Shown one piece after another: positions 9,181 through 18,436 of a stretch of 43,848 bases of DNA (position 1 is its first letter; every line of letters begins with the position of its first letter). The position numbers and the translations under genes were made by a program. The stretch spans positions 1 through 43,848 of the IMG/VR virus record IMGVR_UViG_3300044724_010588; one strand, 5' to 3'. This DNA comes from a virus. Its lineage: Duplodnaviria > Caudoviricetes. The notes beneath the pieces are model-generated. The model did no database searches, was not told the DNA's origin, and worked only from the letters and a program-made list of their open reading frames with translations.

Positions 9181-9933
9181 ATGGCAAGAACAAAGCGTGA
9201 ACCCAAAAAGTCTAAGGCTTCAAGGGACACAAACATAGAGGACAGAATTCAGAAAAATTATTTTACGAATTTTGAAATTAATCAAGAGTTTGAACTTAAC
9301 AATACACATAAATCTTTTTTAAAGCTAGCTTTAGAAAAAGAAACAAAAGTATCTATAATCGATGGCCCGGCAGGGTCTGGTAAGACCTATCTATCTGTAT
9401 TAGCTGCTCTAAACTGTTTAAAACATCATTACGTAGAGGAAATTGTTTATATACGGAGTATAGTTGAATCTGCTTCAAAAAGCTTGGGGTCATTACCAGG
9501 AGAAGCAGATGAAAAATTTCTACCATGGATGTATCCTTTATTTGATAAACTACAAGAGCTGCTCACAGAACCAGATGCAAAAAATCTAATATCTCAAGAT
9601 ATTATAAGAGGGATACCAGTAAATTTTGTAAGAGGAGCTACATTTAGAAATAGTTGTGTAATTGTGGATGAAGCTCAAAATTTAACACTACCAGAATTAA
9701 TAACAATACTAACTAGAATAGGTAATAACTGTAAATATTTTATTATAGGGGATACAAGACAATCTGACATAGGTAAAAAATCCGGATTTGAAACAGTATT
9801 CAAACTATTCAATGACTATATATCAGAAAGGAAAGGTATATTTACATACGAATTCACATCCATGGATGTGGTGCGTAGTGAGATTCTTAAATTTATCGTA
9901 GAAAAATTAGAAGAACTACATATGAAAGCGTAA
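9181..9933 (+). CDS. phoH: PhoH-like ATPase
   Basis: GPAGSGKTY, LGSLPG, RGATF, IVDEAQN, TRIG, GDTRQSD, VVRS. Confidence 0.95.
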   Translation: MARTKREPKKSKASRDTNIEDRIQKNYFTNFEINQEFELNNTHKSFLKLALEKETKVSIIDGPAGSGKTYLSVLAALNCLKHHYVEEIVYIRSIVESASKSLGSLPGEADEKFLPWMYPLFDKLQELLTEPDAKNLISQDIIRGIPVNFVRGATFRNSCVIVDEAQNLTLPELITILTRIGNNCKYFIIGDTRQSDIGKKSGFETVFKLFNDYISERKGIFTYEFTSMDVVRSEILKFIVEKLEELHMKA

Positions 9934-10104
9934 GGCTTTTGATAATCTAGGGTGCAGATTTTTTTTATTTTCTCCGCTTTCCACTAAACGAGAATATTCT
10001 CGTTTAAAGGCTTCTACGAACTCCGGAGAGAGTTCGAGGTTTCGCGGGTAAAACATTCGTGTCTTTAGAGTTAAATAACCTTCACATAGCTCGTCATATT
10101 TCAT
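9916..10104 (-). CDS. small hypothetical late protein
   Basis: 62 aa; ATAAATA box (10110-10116) 5 nt upstream. Confidence 0.55.
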   Translation of the reverse strand: MKYDELCEGYLTLKTRMFYPRNLELSPEFVEAFKREYSRLVESGENKKNLHPRLSKALRFHM

Positions 10105-10112
10105 TAAATTAT

Positions 10113-10793
10113 TTATTCCATACCAAAAGCTTTTTTCATTTTTTCCATTTCTTTGAGCTCTTCAGGAGTAATAATACCTTGTGGTTCAATAAAATCCCCA
10201 TCAACATCCATATATAATTTAATGATTTCAATACGTTCTCTTCTATTACCGAAAACTTCTATAATACCAGGCCTGTCGTCTTCAATAAAGAATTTGGATT
10301 CAGGATTTTTCTGAAAATCTCTGTGTACTGCTTTGAATATATTATCTATTTCTTCTATATAATTTTTATCTGCATCTCTTAAGTCATCCTCGACAACCTC
10401 TACAGGTGCAACTTTTGAGATAGGTGTAAAAAATATAATATCTAATGATCTTAAAGACTCTCTTATAAGTGGAAGACACTTCTTAATAAACTCTTCATCA
10501 ATATCTGTATCCTTCTTAGCTTCAGACCAAATACTATAAACAATATTATCAAGTGGGCATCTATCAAAGATAATGTTATCACTCTTGTCGGTCTTTTGTA
10601 GTTCATCAATCATAAAGTTCAATATGGCCCATTGAGTATCTTTATTTGTAGAAGATGAATGCTCTAAACCTTGTTCAATAATTATATCTCTATATGTTTT
10701 ATCTATAGTTTTATAATTAGACCACTCTTCAAGAAAATCCTTAATTAAAGTGCTCTTTCCTTGACATGATGTTCCGCTGATTGCAATCCTCAT
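10113..10793 (-). CDS. P-loop nucleotide-kinase-like ATPase (AAA_28/dNMP kinase-like)
   Basis: MRIAISGTSCQGKSTLI Walker A and IIFDRCPLD (DR motif of NMP/dNK kinases). Confidence 0.75.
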   Translation of the reverse strand: MRIAISGTSCQGKSTLIKDFLEEWSNYKTIDKTYRDIIIEQGLEHSSSTNKDTQWAILNFMIDELQKTDKSDNIIFDRCPLDNIVYSIWSEAKKDTDIDEEFIKKCLPLIRESLRSLDIIFFTPISKVAPVEVVEDDLRDADKNYIEEIDNIFKAVHRDFQKNPESKFFIEDDRPGIIEVFGNRRERIEIIKLYMDVDGDFIEPQGIITPEELKEMEKMKKAFGME

Positions 10794-10815
10794 TAGTATT
10801 ATTTAGATGATTTAT

Positions 10816-11583
10816 TTAGACCTTCAAGGCTTTATCCCATATAACTAATTGTAGTCTAGGGCTGAAATTAAAATGATGCTTTTTAGCTAACTCCGCCACC
10901 ATACCACTAACCTCAGAATGCTCTTGTCTACTACCACAGCAAGGCATTAACCAAACTCTACCAGCTGGTATATCAAACTTATCTACATACTTAGATAATA
11001 CCTCATCCATGTCTGATTGATTTTGTATAACAAACTTAAAACCAGAGCCCATATCAGCATGCCAAGATAATACATCTGGAATATATCTCTTACCGAGCGG
11101 ATCTCCGTTTGATGATAGCTTAGGTGAAGTAGTGAAAGTAGCGGCAACGTTTTTATTAACAAGTCTAGCACTAGGTTGAATAGTTGCGTTAGTTTCAAAA
11201 TCAATCCTAGGGAGCCAGCCCCAAGTTAGCATTAGATAATCAAAAAATCTAATAAGTTTTGCTTGCTGAATAAGAGGCTCACCACCAGTAACTTTTAGTA
11301 TTGCTCCATTATATAGATGATCTTTATAACCAGAATCTTCAATTAACTTAACAATCTCTTCAAAAGACATTTTATTCTTAATACTCCAAGAAATAAAACT
11401 ATCACACCCATGAGGAGAATCTGCGGATGCAAACCCTTTACATGTTAGATTACACATAGAGAGTCTCATAAAAACAGAAGGTTGACCTATGAACTCCCCT
11501 TCGCCTTCAATAGTATAAAATACCTTATCATCAGATAAGAATAATTCATGAGAACCTGTTATATCTTTACTTTCTTCACTCAT
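10816..11583 (-). CDS. queE: 7-carboxy-7-deazaguanine synthase (radical SAM)
   Basis: FYTIEGEG..GQPSVFMRL..CNLTC..CDS, VTGGEPL, ETNAT, SPKL, PRLQ; next to queD and folE. Confidence 0.92.
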   Translation of the reverse strand: MSEESKDITGSHELFLSDDKVFYTIEGEGEFIGQPSVFMRLSMCNLTCKGFASADSPHGCDSFISWSIKNKMSFEEIVKLIEDSGYKDHLYNGAILKVTGGEPLIQQAKLIRFFDYLMLTWGWLPRIDFETNATIQPSARLVNKNVAATFTTSPKLSSNGDPLGKRYIPDVLSWHADMGSGFKFVIQNQSDMDEVLSKYVDKFDIPAGRVWLMPCCGSRQEHSEVSGMVAELAKKHHFNFSPRLQLVIWDKALKV

Positions 11584-11589
11584 ATACGT

Positions 11590-11617
11590 ATTATATAATT
11601 GCTTTATTTTTTATCAA
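11590..11617 (-). promoter_or_regulatory. sigma70-like promoter TTGATA-16-TATAAT for queE
   Basis: The -10 box ends 6 nt before the ATG at 11583. Confidence 0.65.
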
Positions 11618-11714
11618 TATTTTTCTTTGTTTTTTTCCAGTCGATATCATCCCAGTTATCATTTATCTTTTTAGTGTTTTCCTTTCGACGTTTGCTACCT
11701 TTACCATTAGACAT
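11604..11714 (-). CDS. 36-aa basic micro-protein (not in ORF track)
   Basis: Manual translation MSNGKGSKRRKENTKKINDNWDDIDWKKTKKNIDKK*. Starts 3 nt after the queD stop. The GKGSKRR..NWD.I pattern resembles small proteins I recall from T4-like phages. Confidence 0.65.
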   Translation of the reverse strand: MSNGKGSKRRKENTKKINDNWDDIDWKKTKKNIDKK

Positions 11715-11717
11715 AAT

Positions 11718-12161
11718 TTAACCTCTTGATATAATAACACTATTCTTTTCGTGCTCCCATATTTCAACTTGCTCAACCCAGCAACGAGATTTAGTCATTT
11801 GTTCTATATACTCACTAGCTACCTCATAACACCACTCTGCGATACGTTCAATACCAGTACCATAAGGCATAACTCTAAGATCACAAATACCTTTATCATG
11901 CATCGTCCTAAAAAGATCTAACTCAGGATCGTCTGCAGCAATACAAGTTGTATGATCAAATTGTTGTTCAAGTTTATTTTTGAGACCTTTTAATCCACCG
12001 AAATCGACTACCCAATGATTTTCATCAAGTTTATTACATCCAAAAGTAAATTTGCCATAAAGTTTATAGCCGTGTATTAGTTTACAATGACTTGTAGCTT
12101 TTGGTTGTCTGAAGGCACAGCTGCCTAGATCTAACATTTTTGTACTTTCAAATTTAGCCAT
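11718..12161 (-). CDS. queD: 6-carboxy-5,6,7,8-tetrahydropterin synthase
   Basis: HCKLIHGY, VVDFGGLK, FDH, ERIA, WEHEKN (T-fold PTPS/QueD). Confidence 0.9.
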   Translation of the reverse strand: MAKFESTKMLDLGSCAFRQPKATSHCKLIHGYKLYGKFTFGCNKLDENHWVVDFGGLKGLKNKLEQQFDHTTCIAADDPELDLFRTMHDKGICDLRVMPYGTGIERIAEWCYEVASEYIEQMTKSRCWVEQVEIWEHEKNSVIISRG

Positions 12162-12167
12162 ATATTT

Positions 12168-12258
12168 ATTATGATATATATCCCAGAATAATCAATAAAC
12201 TTTCTTAAACAATTTTATTATAGATTATACTTGAAAAAAATCAATTACATAATATAAT
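12168..12258. promoter_or_regulatory. back-to-back promoters for queD (TTGATT-16-CATAAT, minus, 12168-12195) and folE (TTGAAA-16-TATAAT, plus, 12231-12258)
   Basis: Both read directly in the 107-bp divergent intergenic region. Confidence 0.6.
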
Positions 12259-12268
12259 ATACTTTTAT

Positions 12269-12901
12269 ATGAGAAATAAAGAGTTTATTTTAAAAACAGC
12301 AAATAGTTCTGCTCCTCGCACAGCCGAGGAAAAACAGAATATTATTGATAACGCTACAGTAGCTTATGAAGCATATTTAGATGCTCTTGGATTTGATTGG
12401 AGGAACGACCCTAATAGCTCAGACACACCTCGTAGAGTTGCAAAGGCCTTTGTAAATGATTTAGCGTCAGGTTGTTATGATCTACCACCAAAGGTTACTA
12501 CGTTCCCTTCAGATGGTTATGATGGTATTGTGTCTCAATGTAATATACCTGTCAAGAGTATGTGCAGTCATCACCATCTAGCGTTTACTGGTAAAGCACA
12601 TGTAGCTTATATTCCATCACTTAGTGGTCGAGTAATAGGATTAAGTAAGCTAAACCGTATTGTTGAGTATTATGCTCGACGGCCACAGATTCAAGAAGGC
12701 CTCACAGTACAAATTCATAATGCAATTTCTGAGATTTGTGAGATGAATCAAGGAGTAGCTGTTGTATTAGAAGCTCAGCATACATGTGCGTGCTTAAGGG
12801 GTGTTAAGCATGATGGGTGCGTAATGAAAACAAGTAAGCTATCCGGTGATTTTATGGATGACAGAGCAACCCGTCAAGAATTCTATGAGTTTATTAGGTA
12901 A
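12269..12901 (+). CDS. folE: GTP cyclohydrolase I
   Basis: [37 protein letters not shown]. Confidence 0.97.
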   Translation: MRNKEFILKTANSSAPRTAEEKQNIIDNATVAYEAYLDALGFDWRNDPNSSDTPRRVAKAFVNDLASGCYDLPPKVTTFPSDGYDGIVSQCNIPVKSMCSHHHLAFTGKAHVAYIPSLSGRVIGLSKLNRIVEYYARRPQIQEGLTVQIHNAISEICEMNQGVAVVLEAQHTCACLRGVKHDGCVMKTSKLSGDFMDDRATRQEFYEFIR

Positions 12902-12904
12902 ATA

Positions 12905-13336
12905 TTAAACTCCTAACCCAAAGTCGTTGATAATCTTTCTTACGACTTCAGCGACTTGTTTTGCATTATTAGGGTTAACATCATTAGTTATTACTTCCTT
13001 TTCCGTAGCATTAAGCTCTATATTGTCTAAATCGACAAATAGGGCTTTTTTCATTAAATCTACGTAAAATACTTCTCCTTCAGGAGATAGGGTAGCAGTT
13101 GGTTGCTCAGGGGTAGGTTCTTGAGCTACTTCTTCGTCCTCAGCTTCATTATTAAGCTTAGTTTTATTAAGTACAGCAGCTACTTTATTCAGCTTATTAA
13201 TATAAGCAGACTTAACATTTTTCTCAGCTGGAGATAAATCACTATCTGGTTTTTTAATAATAGCATCTACAACAGCTGTAGTTGTATTTTTGTTACCAGG
13301 TACTGAGGCCTCTATAATGGATAAGAACTTACTCAT
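12905..13336 (-). CDS. hypothetical protein, probably late/virion-associated
   Basis: 143-aa ORF; variant late box (TAAAATA) 5 nt upstream. Confidence 0.55.
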   Translation of the reverse strand: MSKFLSIIEASVPGNKNTTTAVVDAIIKKPDSDLSPAEKNVKSAYINKLNKVAAVLNKTKLNNEAEDEEVAQEPTPEQPTATLSPEGEVFYVDLMKKALFVDLDNIELNATEKEVITNDVNPNNAKQVAEVVRKIINDFGLGV

Positions 13337-13345
13337 TATAATTAT

Positions 13346-13864
13346 TTATAGCATTAGCATCTTATTTTTTATATCTCCAAAGAATTTTTTATCTAAAAAA
13401 GTTAACTCATATCTCTTACAAAACTTCTCTATGTGAGAAAAGTAAAATTTTCTACGAGATATTTTACTCTCATTATTAAAAATAACATTACTAATTTCTT
13501 CTCTTACACCAGGATCCTCTAAGGTTTTAACGAAAAAATCAAAAGTAGTGTTGATTACAATATTTTGTATAGGGAACATTTTTAAGAATTTTGTAAAGAG
13601 TTTATCCTCTTCTACAGTAATATCATTATTATCAGGTTGATATATAAGTACTGGTATATTCTTTTTATTGTTATCTATGATACTATTACATATATTCTTA
13701 ATGTATATGTGATAGAAATATTTTTTTGTAACAGATTTATTAGTAATGCAATTTTTAAATATTTCCTTTACATGTTCTATGTGGGAGTGCATAAAAACCT
13801 GATTTAAGTCTACAAACTTGTACTTGGTTTTCGGTAATACGTAGGTGTTATAGTTGATTTTCAT
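13346..13864 (-). CDS. hypothetical protein
   Basis: 172-aa ORF overlapping the end of the resolvase gene. Confidence 0.55.
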   Translation of the reverse strand: MKINYNTYVLPKTKYKFVDLNQVFMHSHIEHVKEIFKNCITNKSVTKKYFYHIYIKNICNSIIDNNKKNIPVLIYQPDNNDITVEEDKLFTKFLKMFPIQNIVINTTFDFFVKTLEDPGVREEISNVIFNNESKISRRKFYFSHIEKFCKRYELTFLDKKFFGDIKNKMLML

Positions 13865-14339
13865 TTAACTCGCGCATTTTTTGGAAGTTATTCTCAAAAA
13901 AGCTATCATACTCTACGAGAATATAATCTTTATAACGAGTATAATTGGAGAATGTAAAATTACTACTTATTTTTTCGTTAAAACATATAAATTTACACTT
14001 ACGGGTAATTTTAACTATTAAGAACCAAAGAGTATTGCTTTCTGCTTGTTTAATCCATTTATCTAATTGACGAGATTCAGTAAAAAAACCGTGGAAGTCG
14101 AGTTCTTTATAATTTTTACATTCAAACTTCCAGTTAGATATAGATTCAGGTACAATAATATCACCATCCATCATCCGCTTTTGAGACTCAGTAAGATCAC
14201 TAACACGAAAAATATTAGCTCCACCGGTATAAGCCCCAGAATTAGGGACACGCATAAAATTCTCGTTAAAAATTTCACTTAAGTGTTTTGCTACTTCTCT
14301 CTCCCAGGCATTACCCTTGGCTTTAGCTCTACTAGGCAT
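13848..14339 (-). CDS. Holliday junction resolvase (Hjc-like PD-(D/E)xK nuclease)
   Basis: KAKGNAWERE..RVPNSGA..GDII..ECKNY. Confidence 0.8.
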   Translation of the reverse strand: MPSRAKAKGNAWEREVAKHLSEIFNENFMRVPNSGAYTGGANIFRVSDLTESQKRMMDGDIIVPESISNWKFECKNYKELDFHGFFTESRQLDKWIKQAESNTLWFLIVKITRKCKFICFNEKISSNFTFSNYTRYKDYILVEYDSFFENNFQKMRELNENQL

Positions 14340-14344
14340 AAAAA

Positions 14345-14372
14345 TATATACCCAAATTACCCTAATTTACAA
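14345..14372 (-). promoter_or_regulatory. sigma70-like promoter TTGTAA-16-TATATA for the resolvase
   Basis: The -10-like box ends 5 nt before the ATG at 14339. Confidence 0.4.
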
Positions 14373-14374
14373 GG

Positions 14375-15037
14375 CTAGCTTAAATCAATATAAACATTAC
14401 CTTCATGACCTTTTTCTTTAAAATAATTAGCATCACTCACCGCAAACGGACATTTTACCCACATATAACCTTCAGCTCTTAATAGTTCTCTTAGCTCTTT
14501 ACCTGCTATTTGTATATATTCTAATTGTTCCTGTCCTTCGGAGTTACTTATTTTACCTTTAATACCAGGAGACAATTGTTGTCCATATTTCGAATATAAA
14601 TGCATAACATCGCTATAATGTTGTAATTCTAAAACACTACCATTAACAGTCTTTTTGAATAATTTACCACCAGGGCCAGCGCCTCTCTTAAATATCATCC
14701 CTATCTCTTTATTATCTGTATAATTAGGACCAAGAGTAGCGACAAGCTTATCTTGTATACTCGTGCTCTGTCTACCTAAATTTACATTCCCATGGCTTGT
14801 AGTACCGCGATAAACTTCTATAGAATTATTTTCGTTTAGTTTTTTTTTCCTCTTTTTCTTTTTTACTTTACCTCTACGCGTAATAGTACTACCTAAAACT
14901 TTAGGTATACGAGCATCGTCTGGATCACCATATGCGCTGGGATTACTTTTATATGCAAAATCTGTAGTTCCTGCTATACCTGCATCAGCCACAGTAAATT
15001 CCGTTAAATACTCATCACAAAGATTATCAAAATCCAT
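14375..15037 (-). CDS. late protein with a possible C-terminal ADP-ribosyltransferase-like domain
   Basis: Probable start MDFDNL at 15037 (ATAAATA at 15043-15049). Lys-rich linker, then IEVYRGT..GPNYTD. Confidence 0.45.
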   Translation of the reverse strand: MDFDNLCDEYLTEFTVADAGIAGTTDFAYKSNPSAYGDPDDARIPKVLGSTITRRGKVKKKKRKKKLNENNSIEVYRGTTSHGNVNLGRQSTSIQDKLVATLGPNYTDNKEIGMIFKRGAGPGGKLFKKTVNGSVLELQHYSDVMHLYSKYGQQLSPGIKGKISNSEGQEQLEYIQIAGKELRELLRAEGYMWVKCPFAVSDANYFKEKGHEGNVYIDLS

Positions 15038-15126
15038 ATAATTATTTATTAAAAGGGTTGCAAATTCCAAATATAAAATAAATAAAATAAAGAGAGAAGG
15101 ATAAATACCATCTCGATATTATATAG

Positions 15127-15153
15127 TTGATTTCTGTAGTTTATATCTATAAT
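15127..15153 (+). promoter_or_regulatory. sigma70-like promoter TTGATT-15-TATAAT for the uvsY-uvsW-gp55-gp47-gp46 operon
   Basis: Directly upstream of ATGs at 15156 and 15162. Confidence 0.5.
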
Positions 15154-15155
15154 AA

Positions 15156-15566
15156 ATGTATATGGATGTTGAGGAGATTATAGAGCGTTATAGTAATGAA
15201 CTAAAACCAGAGATTAATATTAATAAGTTAGATCTCGATAATCATCAAACAAAACTACCTTCATTAAAGCATAAGTGGGCAGCTCGTTATATTAACCACA
15301 AACGTAAGCTTATAAAACTCAGAGCTCAAAAAAGATCTTTAAGTAATCAATTAGTTTCAAGCTATATAGAGAACTCACCAGTTAAGATTAATATCAATAT
15401 AGCAGAAAAATCTATACAACAAGATACATCTATATTAGAAATTAATAGTAAGATTGAACAAGAAGAATTGTTATTAGAATATTTAGAGAAAATACAAAAT
15501 ATAGTTAATAACATCCAATGGGATATTAAAAATTTAATCGAGCTAGAAAAGCTCGAACTACAATGA
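15156..15566 (+). CDS. uvsY: recombination mediator UvsY-like
   Basis: Helical 136 aa, P.LKHKW..Y, C-terminal WDIKNLIE; immediately upstream of uvsW. Confidence 0.75.
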   Translation: MYMDVEEIIERYSNELKPEININKLDLDNHQTKLPSLKHKWAARYINHKRKLIKLRAQKRSLSNQLVSSYIENSPVKININIAEKSIQQDTSILEINSKIEQEELLLEYLEKIQNIVNNIQWDIKNLIELEKLELQ

Positions 15567-16996
15567 TAGAATTTGAATATTTAAATATTAATCAATGTGT
15601 GGTTAATGGCTTGGAGTTTGATGTTATACGAGAGTATTTTAGTGTCGAAAACAAGGCAGCTAAATTTCTACGGCATGGTAGATCTAGATTTATAAAAGAT
15701 AGAATATACGCTATAACACCTAAAGGAAAGATGGATATCGGACTCATTGGTGAAGTTATACGATACTGTAAACAACACTCTATAGATTGGGAGATAAAAT
15801 CTAAAACTTTAGAAATATTTAGTCCTAATTTACCTGTACCAAAAAAGGATTATAAACTTAACTTTGAACTGAGGGATTACCAGAAAGAGATAGTTGATAG
15901 ATGTATAGGTGCAGGTAGGGGTACTGTAGTATTAGCAACAGCAGGTGGTAAAACACTTACTATGGCAAGCTTGTTAGAGTATTACTATCAAAATGTTAAT
16001 AAGTTTTTTAAGGGATTAATTATTGTACCAGATCTAGGTCTTGTAAATCAAACACATGGAGATTTTAATGAGTATAAAGTAGGCTTCTCACATTCAATAT
16101 GGTCAGGTAATAATGAACTCAACAACAATACTAATATTATTATCGCTAATATGGGTATATTACAAAGTGAAAAAAGTGATATAAAGTGGCTCAAAAATAT
16201 AGATATACTCATTGTTGATGAGACTCATAAACTTCGCAAAGATAATAAGATTAATAAAATTATTAAAGGTATTCAAACAACACATAAGTTTGGATTTACT
16301 GGAACCCTCCCAGATGAGCCTTTAGATAAATGGAACATATTCGGTAAGATTGGACCTAAACTATATGAGCGAAAAGCATATGAACTAAGAGAAGATAATT
16401 ATGTAACACCCGCGAAGGTACATATCTTTCAACTTAATTATAATACTATACTTTCGAAGATTTATGATAAGGAATCATCAGTTAGTTTTTATTTGCAAGA
16501 AGGCGAATATATAAAAACTAATGTTTATAGAAATAATTTTATAAGTAAAATTACATCTCGCTTAGATAATAATACTCTTATACTAATTGACTATATAGAA
16601 CACGGTGAGATACTATTTGAGTATCTTACTAATGCTTGTGAGAATAAGAGAGTGTTTTTTATTCAAGGAGATGTTGAAATTGAAGAGCGTAAAAAAATAC
16701 AAAACCTTATGGAGATTAATCAAAATATTGTAGTTATAGCTATATCTAAAATTTTCTCCACAGGCATCAATATTAAAAATCTACATTATATTATTTTTGC
16801 GAATGGCGGTAAGGCAAAAATAAGAATTATTCAAAGTATAGGTAGGGGTCTACGCTTGCATAAAGATAAGAAGCAGCTTATAATATTTGATATAGCTGAT
16901 AATCTAGTATATGGACAACGTCATGTAGAGCAGCGGAAGAAACTTTATAAATCTGAAAATATAAAATATGAGCAAACCGAGCACTTCGAAAGGTAA
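15563..16996 (+). CDS. uvsW: UvsW SF2 DNA helicase
   Basis: LRDYQ, ATAGGKT, VDETH, GFTGT, FSTGINI, QSIGRGLR. Confidence 0.92.
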   Translation: MIEFEYLNINQCVVNGLEFDVIREYFSVENKAAKFLRHGRSRFIKDRIYAITPKGKMDIGLIGEVIRYCKQHSIDWEIKSKTLEIFSPNLPVPKKDYKLNFELRDYQKEIVDRCIGAGRGTVVLATAGGKTLTMASLLEYYYQNVNKFFKGLIIVPDLGLVNQTHGDFNEYKVGFSHSIWSGNNELNNNTNIIIANMGILQSEKSDIKWLKNIDILIVDETHKLRKDNKINKIIKGIQTTHKFGFTGTLPDEPLDKWNIFGKIGPKLYERKAYELREDNYVTPAKVHIFQLNYNTILSKIYDKESSVSFYLQEGEYIKTNVYRNNFISKITSRLDNNTLILIDYIEHGEILFEYLTNACENKRVFFIQGDVEIEERKKIQNLMEINQNIVVIAISKIFSTGINIKNLHYIIFANGGKAKIRIIQSIGRGLRLHKDKKQLIIFDIADNLVYGQRHVEQRKKLYKSENIKYEQTEHFER

Positions 16997-17414
16997 GAAA
17001 AAGGAATTTTATGTAAACCCTAAAGAGTTTTACAATGAAATTAAAACATACTATGAAACTGATGATTTAGTTGATTCATTAGCTGAATCAGTAAACAAGA
17101 TAGCTATAGGATTAAGTTATGCAACTAATTTTATCAATTATACATACAAGGATGAAATGGTTGGAGACGCTGTAGTAAAAATGTTTACAGCTCTTAAGCA
17201 CAAAAAGTTTAATATTGAATCTCATTCAAATCCGTTTTCGTATTTTACCACTATTGCTTATCATGCCTTTATAAATCGAATTAAAAAAGAAAAAAGATAC
17301 AAGCAAACAATCAATGAATATCAAGAAGTAGTCTATGAAGAGACTATGTGTGAAGAGGGTAGTGGTAGAGTGTATGTGAGATTACCAGATGAAGAGAGTA
17401 ATTTTGTTGATTAA
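16968..17414 (+). CDS. late-transcription sigma factor (T4 gp55-like)
   Basis: YVN.KEFY, NFINYTYKDEMVGDA, NPFSYFTTIAYHAFINRIKKEK. Confidence 0.92.
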   Translation: MSKPSTSKGKKKEFYVNPKEFYNEIKTYYETDDLVDSLAESVNKIAIGLSYATNFINYTYKDEMVGDAVVKMFTALKHKKFNIESHSNPFSYFTTIAYHAFINRIKKEKRYKQTINEYQEVVYEETMCEEGSGRVYVRLPDEESNFVD

Positions 17415-18436
17415 TGAATAATCGTATAGCATTTTTTACAGACCTTCATCTAGGGGTTCATCAGAATAGTGAAAAGTGGCTCACTATCGCTCATAAGTGG
17501 GCCAGCTGGTACAGAAAAGAACTTGAGGACCGTAATGTAGATGAAGTAGTATTCGGAGGTGATTTTTTTCATTATAGAGATGAAGTTAATGTAAAGTGTC
17601 TACATACTGCTAATCTAATTTTAGATCTATTTAAGGATTTTAAAATTACAATGATTACTGGTAATCATGATTCTTATTATAAAGACAACAGTACAGTTAA
17701 TTCTTTATCTATTCTTAATTCAAAAAATAATATTAAAATTATCGATGTACCAGAATTAATAAAAATGAAAGGGAGGAATCTAATGATGTGTCCTTGGGGT
17801 ACAGAGATAGAAGATATAGAGCCTGCAGATATTATTTTTGGTCATTTCGAGATTCAGAACTTTAAATATAATAACTTCAAAGTATGTGAATCTGGTTTTA
17901 ATTCAAGAGATCTTTTAAATAAAACCAATCTAATATTCTCCGGTCACTTCCACAAGAGAGAGGAAAGAGAATATGATAACGGCACTATAGTATACGCAGG
18001 TAATACCTTTGAGATGGATTTTGGAGATATGAATGATAAAAAGGGATTCTATATTATTGATTTAGATGATCTGCATTTTGAGTTTATACCTAATACTATT
18101 TCCCCTGAACATGTTAAAATTAAAACAAGTCAAATTACTGATTTACCAAAATATAAAGATAAACTAGATAATATTATACTCAAACTTTATGTAGATAATG
18201 ACATAAGAATTAAAGATCTAGATAATATTATTGCAAAAGTTAATACGTATAATCCAGTAGATTTAACAGTAGATTATTTGTATAAATTTAATCCTGAAGA
18301 TAACTTGTTTACTAATGAGTTATCTGATTTGAATACTAGAGAATGTATTATAGAATATATTGAAAATACAATAGATGACGAATACAAAGTAGATGTTATT
18401 AAAAAGACAATTGAAATATATAAACAATTTGTATGA
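17414..18436 (+). CDS. recombination endonuclease subunit, Mre11/SbcD-like (gp47)
   Basis: FTDLHLG, GGDFFH, GNHD, GHFE, SGHFH metallophosphoesterase motifs. Confidence 0.92.
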   Translation: MNNRIAFFTDLHLGVHQNSEKWLTIAHKWASWYRKELEDRNVDEVVFGGDFFHYRDEVNVKCLHTANLILDLFKDFKITMITGNHDSYYKDNSTVNSLSILNSKNNIKIIDVPELIKMKGRNLMMCPWGTEIEDIEPADIIFGHFEIQNFKYNNFKVCESGFNSRDLLNKTNLIFSGHFHKREEREYDNGTIVYAGNTFEMDFGDMNDKKGFYIIDLDDLHFEFIPNTISPEHVKIKTSQITDLPKYKDKLDNIILKLYVDNDIRIKDLDNIIAKVNTYNPVDLTVDYLYKFNPEDNLFTNELSDLNTRECIIEYIENTIDDEYKVDVIKKTIEIYKQFV

